Under the pieces are notes generated by a model. The model saw only the letters and a program-made list of their open reading frames with translations, was not told the DNA's origin and made no database searches. The position numbers and the translations under genes were made by a program. From NCBI RefSeq assembly GCF_036321535.1, contig NC_087472.1:101496001-101560000 (forward strand): 64,000 bases of DNA, in the 5' to 3' direction. Positions 24,906 through 38,419 of this stretch are shown here, one piece after another. The DNA is from Camelus dromedarius. Taxonomy: Eukaryota. How positions within the stretch are numbered: the stretch's first letter is position 1; each line of letters begins with the position of its first letter.

Positions 24906-26384
24906 TTGCACTAAGTGAGGCTCTTCTCTGCCAGTCAGAAGGGTTTGTCTTGAATTTGTTACGCTTTAGCATTGGGTTTTCTTCCTCAAATTAGAGCTAC
25001 AGGGCATGAGTGAAGGTGCGCCCATGCTGTCTACCGGCCTCCCAAAGCTCTCATAATGGCCAAGTGCTGCTTGGCACAGAGAGCTTAGCAAGGGCATCAT
25101 TCAGCAGCTTCTCAGCCAACATTTGAGTCACTTTAATTGCATCCACTGTGGAGACACAGCTTAAGTAACTAAAAGCAGATGGTTCTTACCTGCGCCAAAA
25201 GATGTCGGGTCCTTCTGCCATTAGCACCCTCACATCTGCATACTTTCAAAATTGTCCTCACAAGAAAAACGAGAGGCAGAGGAAAGCCTGGGCGTGATTT
25301 TGAAACAGCCTGAATTTGTCTCTTTGAAAATACGTAGAATTTCTCATCTGCTTATTCTCCCAAGAGAAGTCAGAGGCTCTCGGAAGTCAGTAATTGTGAT
25401 CTCTTGAGTCATAATTTCTACAGTTGTATCAGAGCCCAGTGTGAGGACGCAAGAGGGAAACCGCACGTGGGTCTGTTGCCATAGATGAGTTGCAGGGTGG
25501 ACAGGCTGAAATCTCCCCCTGGAAGGAAGGGATTAGCCGGTCAAAGAGGAAAACAGATTTGAGAAATCCATTTACCCTGAAGATTTAATAGGGAATGCAG
25601 GTCAGACTGACTCCAGTGTCTTTAGTCACAGCTCTCTCTGCGGGTTTTATCTTGTACCGGCTCAGAGTTTCAAAAGAGAAGGGTAGGTGAGTCTTTAAAC
25701 TCTGACCTTAATATTTCCATCCATATTTTAGGAATAAGAATTCTTACCATGTGTTGAACTGAAGGGATGGCACTAAAATACATGTAAAAGTGTTAATCTA
25801 GTACTTGTATATTTCTCAATTATTTGTAGATTATTAAAAAAAATACTTGCTTCTGCTTATATGATCATAGCACCCAACTCAAATTTCAAAGACTATCACT
25901 AGCATATCCTTGATTTTTCTCTTTAGAATAAATATCACCCATGATCAGAAAATACGTTGGAAATATTCAAATGGAATTTAGCATGGCCCTACGGCCATTG
26001 AAAAACTGTCAGAATCCTGATTAGTCAGCCAGTTATCTTTTTCGTGGTAAAGAACTTCTGCTTAGAAGAGCGCCATTTCAGTATGCTATTTATTACCTCA
26101 TTACCTGGAAGCCACTTGGAGGCTTTATTTGGAATTCAAACCATTTGAGGGCCCAGAGGAGCCGCGCATTGCCAGGGACACCGCCTTGAACAGAGGGGAC
26201 TTTGAATTCTAACCATAATCTTGCCCATAAATGAATGCATGGCCTGGGGCAAGTCACCTTTTCTGAACTTTTATTTCCTCATCTGTAAAGTGGGTTGTAC
26301 TAGATAATCTTTGTGAAATGAAAATTAGAAGGCCAGGCGTGATCTAGTCCCTTGCCTTTTCTATCACTCTGGAACGTGCTCATT

Positions 26385-26445
26385 TCTCTCCTCTGTCTCC
26401 CTTTCTCCGTCTCTGTCTCTGTCTCGCTGTCTCTGCCTCTCTGTC

Positions 26446-26518
<73 letters not shown>

Positions 26519-26526
26519 CACACACA
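26385..26526. repeat. Compound microsatellite (CTCTGT)n(CTGT)n(CT)n(CA)n
   Basis: Direct reading; the (CA) run spans 26483-26526 with one CG interruption. Confidence 0.95.
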
Positions 26527-26679
26527 TCTGGCAGCACTGGAATGCTGCTATGCTCTGGTGCCTCATCATCATTCAGGTCTGTGCTCCCTGAAGTAGTCTC
26601 TCCCCTACCCTATCCCCCCATGTCACTAACCCCAATTTACTTTCTTCTTCACACCATGGGAAAGTCTAATAAGACACTG

Positions 26680-26915
26680 TGACGCTGGTACAGGGGTAGA
26701 CAAAGGAACTGAGAGACCAGAATAGAAAGTCTGGAAACAGACCTACATGTTGTTGAGTTGGTCGGGCCTTCATGAGTGTTTATTTTGTTATTTTAAATGT
26801 TATAATATTAAAAATAAAACAAACAGTTTTTTAAATTTAAAAAAGGAAGCCATGCGTGGAAAAGTGTTATGAACCAAAGATGATGATTACACAAATTCTG
26901 TGCACATGAGGTCCT
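26680..26915 (+). mobile_element. Old L1M fragments (ORF2 remnant plus L1MC-like 3' end)
   Basis: tggtacagg...agaca...cagaatagaaagtctggaaacagacctaca; aaggaagccatgc...gttatgaaccaaagatgatgat...aattctgtgcacatgaggtcc. Confidence 0.5.
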
Positions 26916-27067
26916 GAGATTTTTAAATGAATGCTAATTCGGCTGGAGGGGTCTCTACTCCAACTGGGAGTTTGGCTTAGGTGCCTGGGAAAGACCTTTG
27001 CTGCCCAGACACAATTCTGTGTCAAGTGTTTCCTGGGCACTAGGCAATTTCTACTTCGCCAGCAGTA

Positions 27068-27195
27068 GGTATTATTTTACCCATTTCACAGGCAGGGAAA
27101 CTGCAGCTCAGAGAGGCTGAGTCACTTTTCCAAGGCCACACAGTTCTGAAGGGGAAGAGCCAGGGTCTGCGGCCCAATTCGCACGCTCCTGCCTG
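27068..27195 (-). mobile_element. MIR fragment
   Basis: cccatttcacaggcagggaaactgcagctcagagaggctgagtcacttttccaaggccacacag. Confidence 0.75.
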
Positions 27196-27869
27196 TGCCA
27201 GTACGTCATAAAGCCACCCTGGGCTATTTGAGGGCTGAACACCGAGAATGGGCGAGACTGCTGTGGCCTCTTACTGGGGAAATAGAAGATTCCTCTCCCC
27301 CAGGCAAAATGGAGCTTTTCCCTTAAGGAACTTCCAACTTCCGCTCCAGCCGGGGCTTTTCTGGATGCCCTACCCCAGAGACCCATGGAGGAGGTCTCAG
27401 TAGCAGCACTTTGAAGCCTGTCCCACAGGGCCTCTCAGTTGGGCAGCAATTGTTGTGCAAAGACCAACACGTTTTGGCGCTTGCTCGCCTTAGTACTCCC
27501 TCTCCTTTCCCAAACACAAAAATATTGGCATTTCCTGGAAAGTGGTTTTGGCTCAAAGCCTGATAGCTATCCCACACTCCTGGGCCAGCTTTCTTTGGGG
27601 CCCTCTGTTCTTTTATTTCACTAAGCATTTGTTTGGGGACTGAGGTTGCTGCTGCCTTGGATTGTACCTGAGATACAGGGCCGCTGGCAGGTGCCAGGGG
27701 CGGAGGTGGGGGCACCAGCTCCCCTCACCAGCAGCAGCATCTCCTCCATCTCCTCTCCCCCACTGTACTCCAGAATTGGTCAAACTCACCATGCATGCAC
27801 ACAGAACCACTTTGGGTGGTTTTTTTTTTTTTTTTTTGCAGTTTGATGGTATTTTCACTGTCTAGTTTC

Positions 27870-28555
27870 TTAAATCAAGGGACAATTAACATAAAATCAA
27901 ATGATTCTTAAGTGTTCAGATGCATCAGTTTTGACAATTGTGTGCACCTATGTAACCACCGCCTGAAAGAGCCTATAAACATTCCCATCACCCCAGGAAA
28001 GTCCTTCTCCCTACCCCCTCCCCAGAGCAACCAGTTTCTGATTTCTATTGTCATACATTTTTTGGCTTGTTTTTCAATTTTGCGTCACTGAAGTGTTACA
28101 GTACATACACTTTTGCATCCGGCTTCTTTCACGAAACACAGTGTTTTCAAGACCACGATGTCATTGTGTGTGGCAGGCATTCACTGCCTTTTATTGTCAG
28201 TGGAAGTCTGCTGTGTGGGCGTTGCCCATTGTGTTTATCCGTTCACCGGTTGATGGATATTTGGGTTGTTTCCAGTTTGTGGCTCTTATGATCAGACGGC
28301 TGTGAACATCTGTGGACAAGTCTTTTGTGAATATATGTTTTCATTTCTCTTGGGAGGATACCTCAGAGTGGAATTGCTCAGCCTGAGGATGGGCAGTTGT
28401 TTAACCTCATTAGAAACTGCCAGGCAGTTCCCCAGAGTGGGTGGACCCTTTTTACCAACAGCACAGGAGCGTTCCAGTTGCTCCCTATCCTCACCAACTT
28501 TTGGTATAACTGTCTTTTTTATTTTAGTCATTCTAATGGATGTAATGTGATCCCT
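27870..28555 (-). mobile_element. Old L1M (MD/ME-like) 3' region
   Basis: gttttgacaattgtgtgcacctatgtaaccacc...gttgatggatatttgggttgtttccagtttg...gagtggaattgct...gaaactgcc...tttattttagtcattctaatggatgt. Confidence 0.85.
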
Positions 28556-31500
28556 TAGTATTTTTCTTATTTAAGTACATTTTAAAGAATTTTCAGGCAT
28601 GCCACTTAATGCCAGCTCAGACACTGGAAAGGTCCTGTGGAGCAGAAGCAAAGTGTTACATGTTTATGGTCAGGAGGTTCTGCTCATCATCCCTGTCCTT
28701 GAAGCAGAGTCTTTCCAGCCCTGAGGGCTGTCTGCAGCCTACCACAGGGCAAGCTGAAGGCCAGAGCCCCAGAGGGGTGAGGCAGGCCAGTCAGACTGTG
28801 AAACTGCCAGACTCTGACTGGCCTGCCTCCGGGGTGGGAGGGAGCGCCTGCATGGGGAGCTCCGAACGACAGGGTGACAACCGCAGGACCGGCCTCAGGG
28901 CAGATTTTGCTGTGTGCACACGGTCACTGAGACTCTAACATGTCAGTAGCCGGCAGGCATGGACCATGTCACCAGCCCGCTGTCCTTTGAGCTGCTATCA
29001 GGAGCTTTCATACCATATCACATACCATATCCACTCAACGGAGATATAACAACATTGCCAAGGCAGAATCTTCTTACCTTCCAGTTGGCTTAGGCAACTG
29101 GAGAGCCTCCAAAACCAGTTGCCAGGCATGGGACCACTTAGGTGGCAAGCATGAGCAACCTCCCTAGGGCTTTCCTGGCTTCTCCAGCCCTGCCCAGACA
29201 AGGATGGGAGAGCGCCTCTAAAATACTTTAGCTAGTTGAATATTGCTAATTTAACCGTTTCTTACAGTCATCATGCTAATTAGCTAACCAGCCACCCACT
29301 TTACCACCAAAAGACCATTTCTGATATTCCCTGTGCTCTGTAGCCCAGCCTCAAGTATCGACAGAGATGAAGAGGTAACTAGAACTCCAATAGCAGCCCA
29401 GGGTTGGGCCTCCCTGGTTGGAACTTGAGCTGAAACCCCTCATCCCTGCCCAGGAGTGTGCGCTGACGACAACGCTGGCTGACTCACCGACTTAGGGCTT
29501 CACCTAGGTCACGGGCAGGAAATGTCCCGCTGTCGGTGGGGGTGCCCCTACTGTGTAGAAAGTATTCTGATGAGTTTGGCCCAATGTGGCAATGCCCCAA
29601 AGTCTTTAGACGGATAGGTATTTTGGAGAGGAACCCAGAAAGAGGGTATTATGTCGAACGCCACGCAAGAACTTGCTAGTGCTGAAACTTCAGTGTTTGC
29701 TGGAGGGGAAGATACTTTTGAAAGGGCAGTCTGCCTGGACAATTGATGCAGGGCACCAAGGGAAAGCAGGCCCCAGCCCACTGAGCCATCAATGGTGAAC
29801 TCCCAGAAAGGAAAATCCATGGGGGACCTTTCCTCTCAAGAATCCCATGTGGCTGGGGAAAGGGCAGAAGTCCCAGGCCTCCCTGCTCTCCAGATCAGCA
29901 AAACATCAAAGGGTACAAAGAAAGAAGGGGGTGTTGTGGCGCTAGCAGTTTCCTCTGGCCAGATGCCCAGTGCGCCAACTTACAGGTCTGTTTGCCTGTG
30001 TCATTCCGGGGCCCAGCTGTCCCTCCCACACCCCCACCCACTGGCAGGGACAGTGCCCCTGGGGATCTCTAGGGCCGAAGGCCCCTGAAAGGCCCACCTC
30101 CTCTGCTCCCTGACAGCAGCTCCACTCCCCTGGCCTCTCCTAGCCCTGCCAGCTCTGTGAATGCCCATGAAACAGACTCTGTCAGTGGAGATTCTCAGAG
30201 ACCAAGCAAAGAATGGTCCTGAACCCACATTCATAAACCAATTCAAGTCAGGAAGAACAGCCAAGGGTGTTCCTGGGAAGGCTGGGAATGAACCCTGGCA
30301 GGGATTCAAGGTGTAGGAAGAGAGAGTTGCCCTGCAGGGGCCAGTAGTGGCTGGTGCAGGGGCAGGGGTGTGACAGGGAGCTGGGGGCGGGGCCTGCTGC
30401 AGGAGCACCGCAGGCCAAGGAGTTCTAGGCTCTGGCTGGAGATGAGAAGACACTTACCCCTTCCCCACCCCAACCTGCCCTCTCCCTTGGTGCTGGGAAC
30501 CTTTGCTGCCCCTCCCCCACCTGTCTTTCCTACATTGACTGTGGTTCACATTCTTAGAAAGCTCTCTCCCTTCCTCCCATCAAAACAACCATTCCCTGGG
30601 GATTCACAGCTCAGTTCCTGGGGGGAAAAACCCAACAAACCAATTCAAACTGAGGTAGTACTGATCTACTGGGGTTGCTGAGAAACGGAGATGAGAAAAT
30701 GAATGTGAAACACCTAGCAGGGGGTCTGGCACGTAAGTCAATGCTTAGTAAATAGTTGATTGGTCTCATCTTATGTGTATGAGAGAGGAGTGAGCTGGCC
30801 AAGTCCTGCAAATGAATCCACTCTCTCCTTTCCTCCCAAGCTAATGTTCTCATGACTGATTTGTGGCCTCCTGTTCATCAGGCCTGTGAAGACATCAGAA
30901 TTGCATCAGTTGAGTTGTCAGTCCTTTGGTGCACAACGTTCTTTGCTGAAGGATAACTTTTAACCCCCTTTGGAAGAACCAGACACCCCTCTAATGTTCC
31001 CAGCACCCTGTCTCTCCCTCAGGCCCTCACCAGCCCTGGGCTCCAGCCCCCCAGCTTGCTGGCCAGGCCCCATACCTTTCCTCTTGTGCCCTTTCTCCTG
31101 CTTCTAGACAACCTGCCCCACCTCTCCCCTATTCCACCATCTCCTCTGCTGAAATCCTACCCCTGTGGCAAGGCCCAATTCACATGTCACCTCCAGGAAT
31201 AAAGGTTTAATGACTGGAACTCAGAGGTGGTGCAGGTGAGGACAGAGGAGAATTACTGTGGCTCCTGGTGTGGGGACCACCTTGAGTGCTAGAGGGACAA
31301 CAGGTGGACTCATTCCTGCTCGCTCGCCTTGTGGGAGGGGGGTGTGTATAAACACACCCATTCCGGAAGAACTCTTCCCCGAAAGAAAATAAGAAATAAC
31401 ACCTATAATCTTCACCGTCAACTAGCCAGAGGTTATGCGGCAGCTTTTCCTGCCCCCACACTGACCTGGTGTCCTTCATGCTGTATTAGCTGCAAATAGG

Positions 31501-32209
31501 AGCCTTGCTTGAAGATAAATAGAGTGAACTTACAGAACTTAAAAAGACTCACCAGCCCAAAGATTCTGCAGAGCCCCGTGTCTGCTCTTGAGAGAGCTTG
31601 CCTCCAGGCAGACGGGGTGCTTCTGACAAAACAGAGTTCCAGAAAGAAGGCTCCCTGTTTAAAAGAGGCACACCCTCCTCCCTCCTCTGCCTGCATTGTC
31701 TGTGTACTACTCAGGTCGAGATTATTGTTATTATTTTTAGGCGGTATGCAGCTGATGAAGTGAGGTGGCGTTTGTTTATTTATTGCTTTTTGGTCCCTGA
31801 GTTGGAACACAAGATCACCAGAAGAGGAACTCCCTCTATGACTCATCCCAGGAACATCTTGCCTCCCAGCCAGCACAAATATGATTAAAAGAACTTTCTC
31901 GAGGGCCCCAATTATATTCTAGCGAAGAAACACACTGGCCAAGCTGACCATCTCTGGACCAGTTTGCTTTTGGAAAGAGAGCTTTCTCTGGCCTCTCCGT
32001 GGGCGGGCTCTTTATGAGATCTTGAGGCACACTTCTCGGGAGCGGGTTCCTCTGTGGCTTGGAGGTTATCATAACAGAGTGTCTTCTTCACAAGGGTCAC
32101 AGGAAGGGCCACCCGTTGGGGAAACACCTGGTCACGGTGGCCTGAATTGGTGACATTTGGGTCTTCACATAAACTCTGGAACTTTCCAGGGCATGGTTAG
32201 TATAGCAGA

Positions 32210-32638
32210 CATGGTTTGATATCCTGCCCCTATGTCCTCTCAGACTGGCCTCTATACTCCAAAGACTGCTCACTGAAAATACCTGTGATTTTCCCTCATG
32301 CTTTGTGTGTGTGTGTGTGGTCTCAGGAGCACACTAGGCCTGCATGCTGGGCTGAATGGAAGTGCCAAGGAGTTAACACGTCATCCAGGAGCAGCCCTTG
32401 ACCTCTGTTGGAGGAGGGTTGGTAAATAAACTCCCCAACTCCCAGGCATGTGTTCTCCGCTGGCTCCCCACGGTCCCCTGTGGAGATGAGCCCCAGTTGC
32501 CCACAGTGGTAATGGACCTGATAAGTTGGCTTCCTTCTTTTCTCACTGCTTCACTTCTCTACTGATATTTTCTGGGATCTTCTCCCAAAGAAACTTCTTT
32601 CAGTCAAATCAGTCTGTGCAGGAGCCCAAACTAAGAGA
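32210..32638 (+). mobile_element. LTR16-type (ERVL) solo LTR
   Basis: gaagtgccaaggagttaac...ggagcagccctt...gagccccagttgcccacagtggtaa...ctgggatcttctcccaaagaaact...ggagcccaaactaagaga. Confidence 0.8.
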
Positions 32639-34364
32639 AGTAGCCAGCTGAGTTCACCAAAACTCAAGAGCCTCCCCTCCCTTACCACGTCTACCACTAC
32701 TGGTAGCCGTGAGGTTTCCACCGTGGCCGTGGCACTGCACTAGTATGGTGTGCTTGGGGGTGCAGTCCTTTGAGAGCACCTAACCTCTGCACAGAAACCT
32801 GGTAAGACAGAAACCAGAGTTGCAGAAGGTAGCCAGTTTAGTAATAGGGCCCTGTGAGGACAATTCCAGATACTGCTAAAATCTCTGGACCCGGGAGCCA
32901 CATACTCATCTGGTTCCTGGTGTATGAATGACAAGTGTTTGTTGATTGAGTCTCTAAAGGAATGAAGAATTGACTTGCATTCACTTCCTCTCTTAGATCT
33001 GAGGGCTTAAAGGTTGAGGCCAGTCCTATCCCCTTTTTGAACATCAAGTACCTTTTAATGGAGCCTGCAAATGTGGTCACAATTGTAGGCTCTTGTCTCT
33101 GTGGAGAGAGATCAAGATAAGTAAAAAGGTTCCTCCCCCTGATTGGTATCTGAAACCTCTCAATTAGAGTTTCATTTCTTTGTCCATAACGTTATCACTG
33201 ACTGAATTAAGTTGATTATACCAATAAAGGAAACATAATTCTTGAACCTATGAGTCATAGACCTCAGTGAGAATGAGTTTATCAGCTTCATTCTGGAAAA
33301 CCTAATTCTGAGAGAGGAAACCCAATTCTCACTGCCCGAGAAGTGGTGAGAGGTGGGCAAAAATAAAGATCAGGCACCAAAAGAAGATAAATGTATGTTG
33401 TTTTCTAGGACTGGCAGCTCAAGTCACAGTGAATGTGCTTGGTGGTTTTTAAAGCATGGGACAAGCTTTCCCCAAAAATGGATCACCTCCCTTATGTACC
33501 TCTAGTGCTGGTGAACAATTTCTGGTTTTCCCCCACGCCCTCCTTCTACTGGGAAGCTCCAGTCCCGCCCGTCCCTCTACCACACGTCCTGAAACCAAGC
33601 TGTGGTGGCTCAGCAGTGCCCCCTGTGGCCAGCTGAATAAAGCGCATTCTGTGTTTTCCCCACAGCTTTCCTCAGTTTCTCTGTTTCATCTCTTCCAGCT
33701 GCGCAGCCTCCTTCTCATTTGGACCTGCCCATACTTTTTAATCTCTCCCCACCCACCACTGCATTATTTCCTTCAACTGTTGCCCAGTAATCTCAGGAAA
33801 TTCCTCTGCTTTCTCTCCCTCTTGTCCTTACCCTCTTCCACCCCTCCCTTGTTTTCGTTCGTCTTGTGAGTTAGAAAATGCCCCTAATTTTTTAGGTAAG
33901 TATGAGAAGAGAGCTACTTAGGCCCTTGTGTCAAGGAGAAGGTAAGCGATAGGATCTGAAGTGCAATTATGCATCACCTTGCAAGTGCTTCTGAGTTCAT
34001 ATTCAAGGTACAAAAGGCTCTGGCCACCTCTTCTTTCTCCCGTAGCCTCTCAGCCTGAATGTGAAATAGATTTTTGTATTTATTGAATTGTTTTCCCATT
34101 GTCTTTCATTTCAGTGTTGTTTTCTATTTTCACTGCAAATATTCAATATTTCAGCTATGTTGGGGGTTAAATGAATTTTTGTGGAAACCTCACCATCAGA
34201 TGTAACCTTAATTCTATGGTAAATGCCTTCCCAGTTCCTAGCAGCTGATTTTAAAATGAACCTTTGGACAAACAGAGTTTTAACTCAGGAACTGACTGTA
34301 CAAACCCATTGGAAGCAATTTTAATGCTACTTAAGATGCTGAGAGGGAATATAGGCAGTGGATC

Positions 34365-34508
34365 TGATGATAATAATGACAGTGATACTGGTGACAACAT
34401 GACAGCAATGATGATGTGATAATGGCTGTGACAATGAGAATGAAGATGATGAAAATGAAGACAATGACAATGGTGATGACGACGGTGATGGTAGTGACCA
34501 TGGTGACA
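34365..34508. repeat. Degenerate (GAT/GAC/GGT/AAT)n trinucleotide repeat at a MIR tail
   Basis: gatgataataatgacagtgat...gaagatgatgaaaatgaagacaatgacaatggtgatgacgacggtgatggtagt. Confidence 0.85.
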
Positions 34509-34745
34509 TTAGCCATGTTTTATTGAGCACTTCCTACATGCCAGGCACTGCGCTGAGTACTTTACATTGATTATTTCCTTTCATCCTTACAACCACCCCA
34601 CATCTTTTTTAATCTCCATTTTGCACAGAGAGAAACTGAGGCTTGGGACTAACTTGCCCAAGGTCACATGGCTATCAAAGTTAGGTGGAGCTGCAGTTTG
34701 AACCTCGGCCTGTCTGAATTCAAAGTTTGTACTTCTGACCACTCT
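34509..34745 (-). mobile_element. Near full-length MIR SINE
   Basis: tattgagcactt...tgccaggcactg...ctccattttgcacagagagaaactgaggctt...aacttgcccaaggtcacatggcta...tttgaacc. Confidence 0.85.
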
Positions 34746-36645
34746 TAGAGCAGTGCCCAGGGTGAGGCTGGCACTGTTTCCATGCCGAGAGTTCGTGAAG
34801 GGCTCACATGCATTAGGAGAAAGAGAAAATCTGAACTCCAGTCCTTTGCACTTCACGAGTCTGCACCCCTTCCTTCCAGCGACCCTTCAGAGGGTCTATT
34901 TCTGGCATACTAGTCTCTGGAAAATGTCCTGCTAATGACACGGGATTATAAACAGTCCTTTTCCCAGAACAAAAATTTAACCTTTGTATCTCAATCTAAT
35001 TAGAAGTATTTTCTCTTTCAGGGGCAGGTTTTCCCCACTTTGTTCCTTATTTAAGAGGCTTCTTTATTGCCAGGGGGAAAAAAATCTCCAAAAGCCATAG
35101 CTTTTTAAGATGATAGACCCTGGCCCGAGATCTGGAATGTGACTTGTGCACCTGCACAAGGTGGCCACTCCAGCAGCACTGGAGCATGTTCAGGGCCCTG
35201 TGTGTCCAGCTGAAGGCTATGGGGCCTTGGCTGAATGCAGAGACAGTCATTGGCTCTAACAGCCCACTGTCCAGGTGAGTGTCCCCTGCCACCAGCAGCA
35301 GCTCTTGATGATTTTTCTCCAGTGATTCCAAGGTGTGCCTTTCACCTTCCATGGGGTTTGCCAAGACTTGAGGAGAGCACTTTTTTCCTCTTAGTTTCAG
35401 GGGAAGCCTTCCCTGGAAAACAAGCATTTCTTCTCTACCTTAGAGAGGTCCTCACACTAACATCTCTTCCCACTGCTGTCTGGGGACCGGCATCCTCCTT
35501 GTAGAGACTTACTCCTTTACCTCTGCAAGAACTGTGGGCCTTGAAGGAGCTCAGTTAGAAGCAGATCACCCTGGGAGAGTAGTGATTGGTTAGGACTTGG
35601 GGAATCAAGCCAAGAGAGAAGGCACCGAGCCTATGGAAAAAACAGCTTCAGGATGGAGGAATAGGAAATGCGTGCCTGGCACCCAATAGGTGCTCAGATT
35701 GTTTCTGAAAGAATAAATAAATGAATGGACATGAACCTAGTTTCCTATTCTGGCCCTGCACCCAGTTCTGCAGCCCGAGGGCTGCCATAGGTCCTTTGCA
35801 GGAAGGCTAGAGGTAATTGGGTGTCTCAGAGGAGATCGGAAATGCTAAGGCATCTGACACTCTCCTCCTGGGCCAGAAAGGAGGCAGGGCCACCCCATGG
35901 TGCCCTACCAGCCAGACCCCCAGATCCCTCTTGTGCTCTGGTGGAGCCCTGCCACTGATAGAAAACCAGGCCCGTGAGCTGCTGGCTCTGGTTGTGAAGT
36001 TGTCCCTGTGCTCTTTGGATTTGTCCAGCTGTAATAGTTCTCTTTTCCACCAGTTGCTTACTTGGCAAGGCCCAACCCTAACCTGAGACCCTGCAGACAC
36101 CACATTGTAAGTCCCTTTGGTACATGATGGGTTCCTCACCAGCACTGTGGTGTCTTCAACCCACAGACACTGCCCTGCTCCGGAAAGTTGAGTCCCAAGA
36201 GAGAGAAGCCCTGCTCTGACTGAAGCTGAAGAGGTCTTAGCATCTCCCCTCCATTCAGCCTTCACTTCTCCCTTAGTCTGGTTTAAAGATGAACCAGAAC
36301 TCACTCACACTATGGCCTTTGGAAGGGAGGGTGGGGAGGGGGGTCTTCTCAGTGGTCAGGGGAGTGGCCCAGAAAGACCCCTCCCAGTTCCACCCTTCCC
36401 CAACCCCTTTGTGTCCTTTCCTTCTTCCATCAGATTCTCTTGAATGCCCACACCTCCCCATCCTTAGGGGCCTGGAGCAATTCCTAGAAGGCCAGGTCTG
36501 ACTCCTTCCTGGCAGGCACCACTCACTTCTGGGAGGCCTGACTTAACTTACCCTCACCATGAGAGGGGCAGTACCGCACGTTCTAGAAGGGGAAACTGAG
36601 TCCCAGATACATAAAATGACTTTCCTACAGTCACGAAGGGCTGGG

Positions 36646-36679
36646 GTGTGTGTGTGTGCGCGCGCGCGCGCGTGTGTGT
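36646..36679. repeat. (GT)n(CG)7(TG)n alternating purine-pyrimidine tract
   Basis: gtgtgtgtgtgtgcgcgcgcgcgcgcgtgtgtgt. Confidence 0.95.
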
Positions 36680-36702
36680 CTTGTGTCTTGAATCTCATCT
36701 CT

Positions 36703-36826
36703 CTTTTTTTTGTGGGGAGAGGTAATTAGGTTTGTTTATTTATTTTTAGAGGAGGTACTAGGGATTGAACCCAGGACCTCACGTATGCTAAGCATGGGAT
36801 CTGCCACTTGAGCTATACCCTCCCCC
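36703..36826 (-). mobile_element. Young tRNA-Ala-derived SINE (camelid Vic-1 type) with 16-bp TSD
   Basis: The minus strand reads GGGGGAGGGTATAGCTCAAGTGGCAGATCCCATGCTTAGCATACGTGAGGTCCTGGGTTCAATCCCTAGTACCTCC...A-rich tail, with A box TAGCTCAAGTGG and B box GGTTCAATCC. It is flanked by identical cttgaatctcatctct at 36687-36702 and 36827-36842. Confidence 0.9.
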
Positions 36827-38419
36827 CTTGAATCTCATCTCTTACTTCCATTTCAATAACTTATCTATTAGATATCATGGACTCAAGATTTATATCATCT
36901 TTTTTATCAGGCTCCTCACCCATCAAACTCTATGACATTTTGATGGTTGAATCGGACCATCCCACATACTTCAGTGTTGTATGCTGGTTACGGGATAGAG
37001 GGGTAGCAAGGGACCCGTTAGACTCAAGTGAGATGTGAACCCAAAGCAATGGGTGAGGGACTGTGCTTTTGAAGGAGCACAGGTCTGGGAGTCCTGCAGC
37101 TACAACCTCTGAGCCTCCCTCAACCTCTGAACCTCAGCTTCCTACTCTACAAAATGGGAGGGGTGGGCTGCCCGGGGACCCCAAGACTTGTTCAGGCAGG
37201 GGGACCCTTGGCAGTCTCGCTGGGCCTTGGGAGCTTTGTCTCTCCTGCTGAGTCGCAACTTTTTCACGCATGCACTCCTATCAGAAAAAAAGAAAGAACT
37301 GAACATCCCCTCAACATACACACATCATTAAATTATATATGTCTTTCTGTATTTATTACATATGCTGTAAAATAGAAAAATGGGAATTAAAAGGATGAGA
37401 TAGTGAAATGAACATAAATAAGTTTTATGACAACCTTACCCTGCTCCCGGGGAAGACCTTAGAGAACCCTGGTGTCAGTGGCCAGTTTACGATGCTCGGG
37501 CTCAGTGCTTCCTCTGCCTGATTCACCCCTTTCTCCCGTTTTCCACCAATATCAAATCACAGCAAAGCTAAGATTTGCACTCTGTCCTCTCTGGCCAATT
37601 CCCCACAGCCACTGCCCATCTTCACAGACGTGAGATTCACTTGTAAACTGCATGGCCACCCCTGTTTTAATAAATTAACTAACATGTTGGGGAACTCATT
37701 CCCAAAGCTAACCTGAGTAAGTCATAGTCCTTTTGGAGAGCTGGGTGGATCTCTGCATGTAAAAGGCAATCAGCTGTAAGCCAAGCGACTATTTTGTGTA
37801 TTCTCCGTTATCTTAGCCAATTTGGGAATACATTCATGTCGTAATTATGTTCACAGCTTCAGTAGAAAGGCCCTGCGCTGATGTTTAAAGCTCAGAAAAT
37901 TTAATCACTGGGGCAAGTAATTGACAATTATTACACCCTATGGGGAGAGCAAAACCATTTTTTACCCAGTTGGAATTACTTCTTAGATATTTAGTGCATA
38001 TCAGGTCCTGAATGGTGAAACCATATCCACATTGTATTAAAGGATGAAAATTATGCTTTGCTCATTTAACTCATAGTAAGTGGCTGATGCTTTTTATACA
38101 GGATTAGGTCGATCAGTGAGAGTGTAGTTTAAGTGCTGGATCGAAAGCAGAAAATAGACTCAGACTACTGTGCAGTCGGAAGGGGGCAGGTTGCTTTACA
38201 GAGGTGTCTGGGAAGTCAGCCTTGCAAGAGAGAGAGACATCTCACTCTTCACCAGGGGCAGGGGAACCTGGGAGACACTGTCAGGGCCAGGGCGGAAGTT
38301 GAGGGAATTCGGGGCTTGATGGCTTTAGTCTTTTCTGTGAAGAAAGAAGCAAGATCAGCCACTAGGAAGGTTGGCTGAAGGTAAGCTGCCTCGTTATCTG
38401 GCCTTTGAATTAACGCCAT

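Noticed and set aside
34327..34530. Poly-Ser and hydrophobic transmembrane-looking small ORFs
   Set aside because: They are products of a degenerate trinucleotide repeat at a MIR tail.
36750..36826. Possible tRNA-Ala gene
   Set aside because: It has an A-rich tail and target-site duplication, so it is a SINE rather than a tRNA gene.
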